64,000 nucleotides of DNA from an uncultured virus (IMG/VR IMGVR_UViG_3300031133_000283) (lineage: Duplodnaviria > Heunggongvirae > Uroviricota > Caudoviricetes), in IMG/VR virus record IMGVR_UViG_3300031133_000283; one strand, 5' to 3'. Below the pieces are notes generated by a model. That model was not told the origin of the DNA and did not search any database. It worked only from the letters and a program-made list of their open reading frames with translations. Shown here in pieces: positions 37,340 to 47,179 of this stretch. The translations under genes and the position numbers were made by a program. Within the stretch, counting starts at the first letter, position 1. Every line of letters starts with the position of its first letter.

Positions 37340-38605
37340 ATGAGTGACACAGCTCTCAAAACTGACAAGTATGAATTCACTATGCTGCAAAGCGCACTCC
37401 AATCAGGAGTTGCCAACAAGCGAGCAGTATTTGAACTGTTTAACCGTAAGCTCCCTGATGGGCGCACTTACGGCATCGTTGCAGGTACTGCACGAGCTAT
37501 TGAAGCAATCCAGAACTTCCATTTTGATGAGAGCGACCTGGAATTCCTTGCTGACCACCTCAACGAAGAGACAATTGATTATCTTCGTAACTTCAAGTTT
37601 ACAGGAAGTGTATACGGGTATGCAGAAGGTGACATGTTCTTCCCGTATTCACCAGTGATTACGATTGATGCTACCTTCGGTGAAGCTGTTCTCTTTGAGA
37701 CAATCCTTCTTTCCATCATGAACTACGACTGTGCTGTTGCCTCAGCAGCCTCACGTTTGCGTGTAGCGGCCAAAAACATTCCTTTGCAGGAACTGGGTGC
37801 GCGACGGGTAAACGAGGACGCAGCGGTCGTTGCAGCCCGTGCAGCATACATTGCTGGATGGAACGGAACCTCAAACATTCTCGCAGCGAAGCGCTACAAT
37901 GTTCCTGTCTTCGGAACCTCCGCACATGCATTTACTCTTGCTCACCAGTACGAGAAGGCTGCCTTCAAAGCTCAGGTAGAAGCTCTTGGAGTGGGGACTA
38001 CCCTCCTGATTGACACCTACGACATTGTGCAGGGTATTCACAATGCAGTAGAAGTTACAGGTCCTGAACTGGGAGCTATCCGTATTGACTCGGGTGACCC
38101 GATGGTAGAAATTCCTGCAGCTCGTAAGCTCCTTGATGAGCTGGGAGCTCCTAACACCCGAATCATCTTCTCTGGTGACCTGGACTACGATATGGTAGTA
38201 CGTATCGCAGAAGCTAACCTTCCTGCTGACGGTTTCGGTATTGGCTCAGCCGTTGTAACAGGTGATGGATACCCGAACTGCGGTTTTGTATTCAAACTTG
38301 TTGCGATGGAATATGATGATGGTGAGCTGCATCCTGTTGCGAAGAAAGCCACAGGAAAGTCCAGTGTCGGTGGTCGGAAAACTGTATACCGTAACACTGA
38401 TGAGGACTGGAAAGTTACCGAAGAGCACATGTTCATTGTGGAGCCGACCGCAGAAGATATCGCTGGTATGATTCCCGTGCAGCACGCGTACATTGTCAAT
38501 GGTAGTGTTGTCCGCACTGATGATATTGAAACTGCCCGTGAGACTCATGCACAGAACATCAATAGCCTTCCTGAGAAGACAGTAGAAGTAGTCTTCCACT
38601 CCTAA
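37340..38605 (+). CDS. pncB: Nicotinate phosphoribosyltransferase
   Basis: TDKYEFTM, ELGARR, GTSN, GTSAHAF, LIDTYD, IRIDSGD, VFKLV; ATG 37340 after aaagga. Confidence 0.92.
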   Translation: MSDTALKTDKYEFTMLQSALQSGVANKRAVFELFNRKLPDGRTYGIVAGTARAIEAIQNFHFDESDLEFLADHLNEETIDYLRNFKFTGSVYGYAEGDMFFPYSPVITIDATFGEAVLFETILLSIMNYDCAVASAASRLRVAAKNIPLQELGARRVNEDAAVVAARAAYIAGWNGTSNILAAKRYNVPVFGTSAHAFTLAHQYEKAAFKAQVEALGVGTTLLIDTYDIVQGIHNAVEVTGPELGAIRIDSGDPMVEIPAARKLLDELGAPNTRIIFSGDLDYDMVVRIAEANLPADGFGIGSAVVTGDGYPNCGFVFKLVAMEYDDGELHPVAKKATGKSSVGGRKTVYRNTDEDWKVTEEHMFIVEPTAEDIAGMIPVQHAYIVNGSVVRTDDIETARETHAQNINSLPEKTVEVVFHS

Positions 38606-38608
38606 AAT

Positions 38609-38653
38609 TAATTGTGGGCCAGAGTTTTATCACGAAACTCTGGCCCACAATTA
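38609..38653 (+). terminator. 19-bp perfect hairpin
   Basis: taattgtgggccagagttt / aaactctggcccacaatta. Confidence 0.7.
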
Positions 38654-38690
38654 TGTGCGGATGATAGAAGCATGATACGATAGAACAAGT

Positions 38691-39521
38691 ATGGGAAACG
38701 AAAGTAATAACGATTTATCAACAGGAGAGAAGGCTCTTCTGCTCAAAGCTGCGCGTGAACGTCGTGCTCTTGCGTCGAACCGACGTGAAGACACTAATCA
38801 AAAGCAGGAAGTCTCTAAAGCAGAGTACGTCCAACGTTTAGAGAACGCTCGCAAGAAAGACTCAGGCGCATTAGTCGGTGTCCGTGAAGAGAAGATCAAC
38901 AAAGCTTCTCGTGAATGGGCGAAAATAGTAGGAGAAACATTCTCCCCCGCAAAACCAACGTTCCCTCAAATTCTTGAACGCATCGAGCGAATCAAAACCA
39001 AACAAGGATTACACAAGACTTCAATTGCCTTCCAAGGTAATGAATATGGCCGTGGAAAAACTTGGGCAGCCTACTCTTACCTCAATGGTTTAGTACAGCT
39101 CGGATGCGTTCTTCCAGGTCAGATTTATTTTGGTACGGAATCATCCACCATTTCTCGGATTGCTTCCTCAGGTTTTGAGCGTGCTAATGAAATGCGCGAA
39201 CTCAAACGAGACAGTCACCGAGTCTTCTTTATTGATGATGTTGGCCAGTCATACTACTTCAACCGTGACCAGCGTGAAGCTGCTTGGTATGAACTTATTG
39301 ACCACATTTACACAAGAAATCTTACTCTTGTGATAACGACGAACCTTAACTTTACTGAGTCAGGAGCGAACTCTCTTGGTGCCTGGATTGGTGGGCGAGC
39401 TTTCGACCGTTTACGTACTCTTGTCGGAAGTGACGGAGTTCTGTTAATGGCAGGAAAAAACAAGCGAGATGCCGTTTATCACGAAAACGAAGCTCGCTAC
39501 CTTGGGAAGAATCCTAAGTAA
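38691..39521 (+). CDS. DnaC/IstB-like AAA+ ATPase (helicase-loader-like)
   Basis: Walker A GNEYGRGKT, Walker B FFIDDVG, VITTN, RAFDRL. Confidence 0.75.
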   Translation: MGNESNNDLSTGEKALLLKAARERRALASNRREDTNQKQEVSKAEYVQRLENARKKDSGALVGVREEKINKASREWAKIVGETFSPAKPTFPQILERIERIKTKQGLHKTSIAFQGNEYGRGKTWAAYSYLNGLVQLGCVLPGQIYFGTESSTISRIASSGFERANEMRELKRDSHRVFFIDDVGQSYYFNRDQREAAWYELIDHIYTRNLTLVITTNLNFTESGANSLGAWIGGRAFDRLRTLVGSDGVLLMAGKNKRDAVYHENEARYLGKNPK

Positions 39522-39819
39522 ACTGCTGGTTCTTAATGACGTTGACGGTTTCGAATACTTCACTCACCATCATGATGCCGTAGCAGACAGCGCAGAACGT
39601 AGCCACAATCATTAATACACCGATGATTGAAAGGATCGTGTTGATGATGCTTAGGGTACGGTACAGCGCGTCATTTCTTTTGACAACGATGTTATATTGA
39701 GGTGCCGCCTGTGCTTGATCGTATGGTTGCTGTGGCGTTACGTCAACAATGGTAGGGTGAAAATCCGCCGTTGGGAACGGGGTTTGCCCATTGTTCTGGG
39801 GGTAGTAGTTGCTGTTCAT
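39514..39819 (-). CDS. Small membrane protein
   Basis: Q/P-rich N-terminus and a long hydrophobic segment; follows recG. Confidence 0.55.
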   Translation of the reverse strand: MNSNYYPQNNGQTPFPTADFHPTIVDVTPQQPYDQAQAAPQYNIVVKRNDALYRTLSIINTILSIIGVLMIVATFCAVCYGIMMVSEVFETVNVIKNQQFT

Positions 39820-39837
39820 AGGAATATTCCTATCAGC

Positions 39838-42126
39838 TTATGAACTAATCGTACCTTCTCCGAATAAGAAGGATACTTCATCCTGCATTTTCTCACTCTT
39901 CGCAGCAGATTTAGCCACACGAGTAGCAATTTCCAGCAACTTACGGTGTTCACGCAAGTTCGCAATAATCATGTCGTTTTCACCATGCTGAGAATCTTTG
40001 AACAAAGAACCTTCTCCACGAATTTCTAAGTCTTTCTCAGCGAGCCAGAATCCATCATTGGAAGCAACCATGGCATTCAAGCGCTCCTCAGCATCGGGGT
40101 TCGTAGCATCCCCAATGAGGTAACAGTAAGCTTGAGCATCTCCACGACCAACACGACCACGAATCTGATGCAAAGATGCGATACCAAAACGGTTAGCGTT
40201 GAGGATTGTCATAACTGTTGCGTTAGGTACGTTCACACCAACTTCAATAACACTTGTTGATACGAGAATGTTGATGTCATTGTTATAGTAGGCTGCTAAC
40301 ACTTCATTCTTCTCAGCTGGTTTCATTTTACCGTGGACTAAGCCTACTTTGAATTCTGGGAAGACAGAGGTCTGTAAGAATGCATGCATCTGAGTAGCAT
40401 TCTCGACATCTTCCATTTTCTCTGATTCAGATTCATCTACCAAAGCTGCAATGACGTATGCCTGGTGTCCCATCTGAACCTGCTCACGCATAGATTCCCA
40501 AACTTCTGAGTCATCTTCTTCCCAGAAAGTGTATACAGGTTTACGGGAAGCTGGAAGTTCATCAATAACACTCAAATCCATATCACCGTAAATAGTTTGT
40601 GCCATTGTACGAGGAATAGGAGTAGCACTCATCATCAGCAAATCGGGCACAACATCTGATTTCAAGAGGAAGTTATCTTCAAGCGCTTGGCGATGCTTTG
40701 TTCCGAACTTATGCTGCTCATCGATAACGATTAAACCTAAGTCATTGAAAGCAACATCTTTGTTCAGGATGGAGTGCGTTCCAACTAAGAAATGCAGTTC
40801 CCCAGATTCTAAGTCAGCCAACAGCTGCCGGCGTTCCTTGACTTTGATTCCTGTGTGCAGCAAACCAACTTTGACATGCTCTTCTAAACCAGCTCGTTGA
40901 ATATCCTTTAAAAAGCGTTCATAGAGCTGTGTAGCAAGAATACCAGTAGGGGCAAGCAAAGCCACCTGTTTGCCGCTCCTAGCGGCTGTCAGGGACGCTG
41001 TGAGCGATACTTCGCTCTTACCTGAGCCTACTTCACCATGGACAAGACGACGCATAGGTTTCGGCAGCGCCATATCAGCTGCAATCTCAGCAACAACACG
41101 GTCCTGAGCTCCTGTAAATGTGAATGGTAAGGAATTGACAAACATATCCTTCCATTCAACATCAGCCATGCTGTTACCCTTGCGGACTTCCTGAGTGCTT
41201 TCTTTCTGGTTTGCAAAGAATACTTGGAGGCGCACAAAGTCATCAAAAGCGATTCGTTTACGAGCTTCGACGGCTTCTTGAATGCTGTCAGGGAAATGAA
41301 TTTTACGATACGCTTCATTTCTGGTCATAAGGTCATACTTGCGCAAAATGACATCAGGAACTGGATCATCAATCCATGCCACACTGGAAAGCATCTTTTC
41401 TACTTCACGAGTGACAACCCATTTCTTTTTCCCCACTTTTTCAGAGTAAACAGGGTCCACTTTATGCGAGGTACTGTAATCACCAACAGCATCCAAAGTT
41501 GCATTAATAATGTGCTCCTCAACAGAGTTATTCCACTTGTTGAGTTTTTGCGTGTATGTTCCAGAGATGACTACTGCGTCACCGTCATGGTATTTATTGC
41601 GCATCCAAGGCTGGCGGAAGAACCAAGAAATGATTTTTGCGCCAGTGATGTCTTTGATTTCAACAATGGTAGCGTTTACCTTAGCCACGTATTGAATACT
41701 TGTGATGGTTCCAATAACGACAGACCAAGTATCTAACTCTAAATCCGTAATGTTCTGAGGGTTGCTTTTATCTACATAGCGAAGAGGCATGTAATGGATG
41801 AGGTCCCATTTAGTTTTCAGCTTGCGAGATTTAGCATCAATAACCTCATCACGAAGTGCATGTAAATCAAGAGACCATTTCCAGTTCTTATGTTTCAGAT
41901 GTTCTCCGTCTTTAAGAATACGAAGGTAGGTCTTTGTTTGTAAAGACATATTGAACTCTTCGCCGCGAAGGAACTGATACAGAACATTTGCACTTTCAGC
42001 AGTGAAAGGTAAAATGGCAGCATCATCCGTCATCACAACACCAGGGACGCTTGCAAAAGCAGAGAGGCGGTCACCTGTAATGAGGATGTTTTGTTGTTCG
42101 GGGTTAGCTGAGATGTTATAGGTCAT
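39838..42126 (-). CDS. recG: ATP-dependent DNA helicase RecG
   Basis: PLRYVD, GEVGSGKS, APTGILA, DEQHKFG, MSATPIPRT, HQIRGRVGRG, DLEIRGEG. Confidence 0.93.
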   Translation of the reverse strand: MTYNISANPEQQNILITGDRLSAFASVPGVVMTDDAAILPFTAESANVLYQFLRGEEFNMSLQTKTYLRILKDGEHLKHKNWKWSLDLHALRDEVIDAKSRKLKTKWDLIHYMPLRYVDKSNPQNITDLELDTWSVVIGTITSIQYVAKVNATIVEIKDITGAKIISWFFRQPWMRNKYHDGDAVVISGTYTQKLNKWNNSVEEHIINATLDAVGDYSTSHKVDPVYSEKVGKKKWVVTREVEKMLSSVAWIDDPVPDVILRKYDLMTRNEAYRKIHFPDSIQEAVEARKRIAFDDFVRLQVFFANQKESTQEVRKGNSMADVEWKDMFVNSLPFTFTGAQDRVVAEIAADMALPKPMRRLVHGEVGSGKSEVSLTASLTAARSGKQVALLAPTGILATQLYERFLKDIQRAGLEEHVKVGLLHTGIKVKERRQLLADLESGELHFLVGTHSILNKDVAFNDLGLIVIDEQHKFGTKHRQALEDNFLLKSDVVPDLLMMSATPIPRTMAQTIYGDMDLSVIDELPASRKPVYTFWEEDDSEVWESMREQVQMGHQAYVIAALVDESESEKMEDVENATQMHAFLQTSVFPEFKVGLVHGKMKPAEKNEVLAAYYNNDINILVSTSVIEVGVNVPNATVMTILNANRFGIASLHQIRGRVGRGDAQAYCYLIGDATNPDAEERLNAMVASNDGFWLAEKDLEIRGEGSLFKDSQHGENDMIIANLREHRKLLEIATRVAKSAAKSEKMQDEVSFLFGEGTISS

Positions 42127-42229
42127 CGTTCATCAATTATAGCGGATAAATAGAGAAGGAAGAAGATTTGCAGCTTCCAGGGCTGTTGCCGATAGTTGCT
42201 TCTGTCAATAACCGAGCTACGAATGAAGT

Positions 42230-42850
42230 ATGATGGCGAAACAAAAAAAGCAAGCTGAAACTGTTCCTCTGAATGATGTTATAGAACCTTTCAGACAACG
42301 CGTACTTGGCATGAGTTCTCAGAAAGTAAAAACATATACTATCGCTGGGTTACTTGTTTCAGCAGCCCTCATTACGGGGGCTTCTGTCCTGTATGCCATG
42401 GACATTATGGGCAGCTGGGTACCAGCTACTATCGGTTCTCCGGCTGGGGTCATTCTATTCCTTATTGCCTTAGGTTTCGTCTACCGTAAAGAAGAAAAGG
42501 ATTGGTCCTTCTTTCAAATGCGAACCCGTTTATCTTTCCGTCAAAGAGTCCGCCGCATCTTTATTTGGCTCGCAATTTATGCCGTTATCTTCATTCCATT
42601 GGGAAGATATATCCCTTATGGTTTAGGTGGAGCAATTCTTATCCTACTGGTAATGACATGTATTGTCTTCTGCCGTAGAACACCTACCGAATTAGCATTA
42701 GCTCAACAAGGTTTACCTGACCCTCGGGACATTTCAGAGGAAGAAGCATTAGATGAATACGCTAACGCTGAAACTGAGGAAGAAAGCCCTGATGCCGATA
42801 ATGTATACTATGATGAGCAGCGCGGTGGCGTTGGTGGAAAGTTAGGCTAA
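42230..42850 (+). CDS. Four-TM membrane protein
   Basis: Four hydrophobic segments, GLPDPRD, acidic tail. Confidence 0.7.
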   Translation: MMAKQKKQAETVPLNDVIEPFRQRVLGMSSQKVKTYTIAGLLVSAALITGASVLYAMDIMGSWVPATIGSPAGVILFLIALGFVYRKEEKDWSFFQMRTRLSFRQRVRRIFIWLAIYAVIFIPLGRYIPYGLGGAILILLVMTCIVFCRRTPTELALAQQGLPDPRDISEEEALDEYANAETEEESPDADNVYYDEQRGGVGGKLG

Positions 42851-42854
42851 CACT

Positions 42855-43226
42855 ATGTACTTTGAAATTGGACGTTACGTTCTCATGGGCTTGATTGCAG
42901 TGTTCGCAATCGGTGCACTTGTTCTTATTGCTGTTCTCTTCCTGCAAGGCAGAAAAGATAAAGAAGCAAAAGATGCAGTTGCAAGCGTTCCAAGAGAAGA
43001 CAGCCTTGCTGACCAGATTCAGAAGCAGTTCCATGAAGATGATGAACGCAAAGAACGCCTGATTTACAATAAATCAGGTATTACAAAGACAAGAATGAAA
43101 GAAACTCGTTCAGCTTTCAGCTTTGATACGGATGACTCAGATAATAACTTGACTCTTGAATCTCAATTCGCGGATGATGATGCAAAAGAGCCTTTCATCG
43201 AACGCAGTGAAGAAAACAACATCTAA
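42855..43226 (+). CDS. Single-TM protein
   Basis: N-terminal TM, charged tail. Confidence 0.6.
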   Translation: MYFEIGRYVLMGLIAVFAIGALVLIAVLFLQGRKDKEAKDAVASVPREDSLADQIQKQFHEDDERKERLIYNKSGITKTRMKETRSAFSFDTDDSDNNLTLESQFADDDAKEPFIERSEENNI

Positions 43227-43304
43227 TCTTTTACTGAAGATGCATTTCTATAAAGAGTATGCTACACTAAGAACCTCGCACTACAAGAAAGCACGGTATA
43301 CGTT

Positions 43305-45068
43305 GTGACACATCCTGTGAACTTAGAAATTATTGAAGCTCATTTAGCTTCGGTTCTTCATCCCACAGGTGTTACCTTGCCAGCTCCATTATTGGTTCTG
43401 CCCGATGACACCCCTCTATATGAAGAGGAAGCAGTTCTTCGTGAACTGGAAGACTCACAGGCGGAGGAGCGAGTAGCTAAGCTTGACTTAGAGATTGTCG
43501 ACGTTGACACATTCAACTCGACCCTTATTACCGTAACATTCACAGGAGAACATCTTGCTGATGTGTACCGGGTGAATGTTCCTCGCCAATTAGTGCAGGT
43601 CGGGCGGGCTTTCAACTCTATCCTCAAATCGCCAACACTTGCTATCCTTACACCTTCTGAGATGGAAGGGTACGAAGCGCAGAACAGCGTTGAAAAGCTC
43701 GCGGCATTTTACTCAGATGACATCATGATTCGCTTGTTCTTCCCTGCGGATATTTCCCCTGAGAATAATGCTCGTTTTAATCAGGTTCTCAACCGCACTG
43801 ATACTGATTTGTTTAACCAAGCTGACAGTGCAAATTTCATGGATGTTGCAAACAAAGTCCATGTCACAACTACACCTGATGAACTTTCTGAAATCCGAGC
43901 TGACATTCTTGACATTATCATGTCACTTATTCATGGCAACGAAGACGCTCTCGTGAGCTTGTATGAGTATGCTGAAAGCATTGACTTTGCTCAGAAGACT
44001 ATTGAGAATGAAACTCCTCTTGAAGAAGACGAGCGTATTGCTTTGATTGCTCATGAGTGCTTGAATATGGCGTACATTCGTACATCTCCCAATGCTCTTA
44101 TCTCCCAGATTATGGAAGAATCTGAAATTGACGGGGTAAACGATTTCCAGCATCTCATTGCAGAATCAGGCGCTGAACTGAATGAAGTCTTCCAGAATGT
44201 TCTGAACTCCTACTATGAAGAGCACCCTGAGGCGTTGACTATTACTGATGAGTCCACTTTACAGGAAAAAGTAGACTATCTAACGCGGAAAACAAATACT
44301 ATCCCACTTCTTGGTGGTTTGTTTAGTCTCAGTGACCGTATTAATGTAGATTTGATGTACAGTCGTGATTGGAACGACCCTGAGTTCTCAGAGGAAGAAA
44401 ACATCACTAAAGGTGAGTACGCTATCATCATTGCTCTGATTATTGCTCAGCGTGTTCAGATGTTTGCCAAGGTCTTAGGGGATGAAACTCCTGAGGAAGT
44501 CAATATGACAGCAATGACTCTTCTTGTGAACGCTATGAGTAGCGATGAGGAAGAAGATGACTTCTGGGTACTCTCAGCAGGTTTGAAGCGCCTCTCAGAG
44601 ACTCAGCCTCTTATCTTCACTGAATACTTACACCTGTCCATTGAAGGTGAAGCTTTGGAAGAGAAACTTTGGAGTCCGTTCGGAGCTTTGATGCACCGCT
44701 TTGGTCACCTCATCATCGATGAGAAATGGTCACGTGATTCTATGATGATTGCTTTTGAGAAGCAGCCGCTCATTCAGCTGTTTGTTGCTAATCTCTTTGA
44801 AGAATACAAGAATCTTTCCTCAGAAGAAGAGCATGGTGAAGACGAAGAATCTGACCACCAGTGTTTCTCATTGAACACTACTGTGAACATGATTGAAAAC
44901 TCAGATGATTTGAGTGAAATCATCAAGCAGCTTGGGGAAGCGCTGGCTATCCTTGCTGGCTTGAATGCAATGCGCACAGGTGATGGCATCAAAAAGAATT
45001 CAGATGAGTGGCGTGCAACCGTACGGGATTACTTATCTGAAATCGCTCATGATGTTGAAGCGGACTAA
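43305..45068 (+). CDS. Large acidic hypothetical protein
   Basis: 587-codon ORF, very D/E rich; no motif recognised. Confidence 0.7.
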   Translation: MTHPVNLEIIEAHLASVLHPTGVTLPAPLLVLPDDTPLYEEEAVLRELEDSQAEERVAKLDLEIVDVDTFNSTLITVTFTGEHLADVYRVNVPRQLVQVGRAFNSILKSPTLAILTPSEMEGYEAQNSVEKLAAFYSDDIMIRLFFPADISPENNARFNQVLNRTDTDLFNQADSANFMDVANKVHVTTTPDELSEIRADILDIIMSLIHGNEDALVSLYEYAESIDFAQKTIENETPLEEDERIALIAHECLNMAYIRTSPNALISQIMEESEIDGVNDFQHLIAESGAELNEVFQNVLNSYYEEHPEALTITDESTLQEKVDYLTRKTNTIPLLGGLFSLSDRINVDLMYSRDWNDPEFSEEENITKGEYAIIIALIIAQRVQMFAKVLGDETPEEVNMTAMTLLVNAMSSDEEEDDFWVLSAGLKRLSETQPLIFTEYLHLSIEGEALEEKLWSPFGALMHRFGHLIIDEKWSRDSMMIAFEKQPLIQLFVANLFEEYKNLSSEEEHGEDEESDHQCFSLNTTVNMIENSDDLSEIIKQLGEALAILAGLNAMRTGDGIKKNSDEWRATVRDYLSEIAHDVEAD

Positions 45069-45099
45069 TAAGTAGCAAAACCTGGTTAGAGAAGCTGGC

Positions 45100-45885
45100 T
45101 CAGTTGAAATCTTCATCCGTGAGATTGTGAGCCAGCTTTTCTAATGCTCGCTTTTCAATCTGATTTAACTGATGCTGCGTGATTTTCATTTTCGCTAAGA
45201 TTTCATAATCTTTGTATCCACCAAAGAATTTCATGTCAATAACATTTCGTTCTTTGAAATCTAATACCATATTCATGACTGTGCGAAGGCGCTGGTTATT
45301 GTCACGAACTATTTGATCCGGATTGTTGAATTCCAATGCACTCATGACATCTTTGTCAATATGAGTAATGTAAGTCTTTTTCAATTGAAGAAGGACTTTC
45401 TCAACTTCTTCAGTAGTCATATCATCAATGTGCTCAGCAATAAGTTTGGCATCATTTGATGAATCATCATTAGCCTGGCCGTTGAGCATTTCAATGACAC
45501 GAATAACCTTTTTGATTCGCTCACGTACAGGTCGAGGAGTCCAGTCAACTTTGTTGATTTGGTCAAGAATGGCACCACGGACACGGAAAGTAGCAAAGGT
45601 ATTGAACTTTGCACTTTGTTCAGGATTGTAACGACCAATAGCTTGGACTAAGCCCATTCTTCCAGCTTGAATCAAATCCTCTACATCTAAAAGGTGTGGT
45701 TTTTTGCGAGCAAATTGATACGCAATTGTGCGTGGAATGTAATCGTAAGTGTCAATTACTCGTTTCTGGAACTCTTTGGTAGGGTTCTTGAGATACTCCA
45801 CCCAGCATTCACGAGAAATCTCTTCGCGTTCAGAGTTTTCACCCATAAATAATATCCAGACTCTTCTCTTCCAGGCATCTAACAC
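45100..45885 (-). CDS. FliA/WhiG (sigma-28) family RNA polymerase sigma factor (start may be ATG 45846)
   Basis: EDLIQAGRMGLVQAIGRYNP, FNTFATFRVRGAILD, DWTPRPVR, region 4 ERNVI...EKRALEKL. Confidence 0.88.
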   Translation of the reverse strand: MLDAWKRRVWILFMGENSEREEISRECWVEYLKNPTKEFQKRVIDTYDYIPRTIAYQFARKKPHLLDVEDLIQAGRMGLVQAIGRYNPEQSAKFNTFATFRVRGAILDQINKVDWTPRPVRERIKKVIRVIEMLNGQANDDSSNDAKLIAEHIDDMTTEEVEKVLLQLKKTYITHIDKDVMSALEFNNPDQIVRDNNQRLRTVMNMVLDFKERNVIDMKFFGGYKDYEILAKMKITQHQLNQIEKRALEKLAHNLTDEDFN

Positions 45886-45971
45886 GCTAACTATCGGCGG
45901 ACGCTCAGCTTTTTGATGATAACTCTCAGAAACCCCTGTAAACCGATAGTTGTTGATATAATGGAGCTAAT

Positions 45972-47174
45972 ATGACTTACAGAATTGCCTTCTTCGCGGA
46001 CTCTCATTTAGGGTACCGCGCCCGCGTTAAATCAAATAGTAACGGTGTCAATGTTCGTGTGCAAGACGGCTATGATGCACTCAAAGAAATTACACAGGGA
46101 ATCATTGAATCCCCTGTCTCAATTGACCACGTAGTCCACGGTGGGGACTTCTCCCACAGCTCACAGCCTTCTGTGCGAGATGTAGCAATTGGTAACTTCT
46201 ACTTACGCAAATTTTACAAAGCGGGTATCCCTTTCACAGGTGTTGGTGGCAATCATGATTCTTCCGACCTGAAATCAGACCTTCCAGCTGTTGCTGCTTT
46301 CCATGACCCTGATCGTAACATCAATATGATTTACGAACCGTACAGAATGATGGAGCTTACTGATGGTTTGTTGCTCCATGCTATGAGTCACCATGGGCTA
46401 CATGAGGCAGAAGCTCCTGAGTTGAAAGTATCTGACGATACCATCAATGTGTTCACAACACATGGCGCAGCGTTGGACCCAAAGAACCAAACTCTACTCC
46501 GATGCATTGACTCACCTCGTGAGCAGATTATTCCAGTAGAGCTTATCACCGAAGAAATGTTTGCTGTCAACCTTTTGGGACACTACCATTCTCGTTATGC
46601 AGTTGGCAATGAGGCGTTGAATACTTGGTATGCAGGTTCTTCTGTCCGCCGTGGATTTACTGATGACCCAGGCCCACGTGGATGGCTATTGGTGGAGATT
46701 GAACCGAATGGCGACGTAAAGGTCACTCCTCAAGATATCTCTCAGCGTCCACAGTTTGATTTGCCAAGCATTGATGCTGAGGAATTGACTGCATCAGAAG
46801 TTATGAACCTTCTGGAAATCAATCTTGACCGAACTCACGACTTAGAGAAAGAGCCTATCGTTCGCCAACGAGTTCTCAACGCAAGTAGAATTGTCCGTGA
46901 AGGACTGGACTATAAGCACATTGAGACACTTCGTGAGCATACACTGTCTTGGCAGTTAGAGTTCCCTCGTTCGGAGACGAATAAGAAAGACGTTGAAGCT
47001 GCAGCAAGTCTTACTAACCGTCGTTCAGTGAATCTCATTGATAACTACAAGAAATTTACCGAGCATGCTGCTGCACGAGTACCTGAACAATACCGTGAGG
47101 CTGTTTTCAAGTCCGCTGAGGATTACCTTTCACAGGCTCGTGATTTATCAGAATTAGAAGGAACAGGCCACTAA
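45972..47174 (+). CDS. sbcD: SbcD/Mre11-like metallophosphoesterase nuclease
   Basis: ADSHLG, GGDFSH, GGNHD, THG, LGHYH, YAGS; precedes an SbcC-like gene. Confidence 0.85.
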   Translation: MTYRIAFFADSHLGYRARVKSNSNGVNVRVQDGYDALKEITQGIIESPVSIDHVVHGGDFSHSSQPSVRDVAIGNFYLRKFYKAGIPFTGVGGNHDSSDLKSDLPAVAAFHDPDRNINMIYEPYRMMELTDGLLLHAMSHHGLHEAEAPELKVSDDTINVFTTHGAALDPKNQTLLRCIDSPREQIIPVELITEEMFAVNLLGHYHSRYAVGNEALNTWYAGSSVRRGFTDDPGPRGWLLVEIEPNGDVKVTPQDISQRPQFDLPSIDAEELTASEVMNLLEINLDRTHDLEKEPIVRQRVLNASRIVREGLDYKHIETLREHTLSWQLEFPRSETNKKDVEAAASLTNRRSVNLIDNYKKFTEHAAARVPEQYREAVFKSAEDYLSQARDLSELEGTGH

Positions 47175-47179
47175 CAGTA

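Noticed and set aside
41224..41736. 170-aa + strand ORF within recG
   Set aside because: Antisense to a well-conserved gene, with no motif
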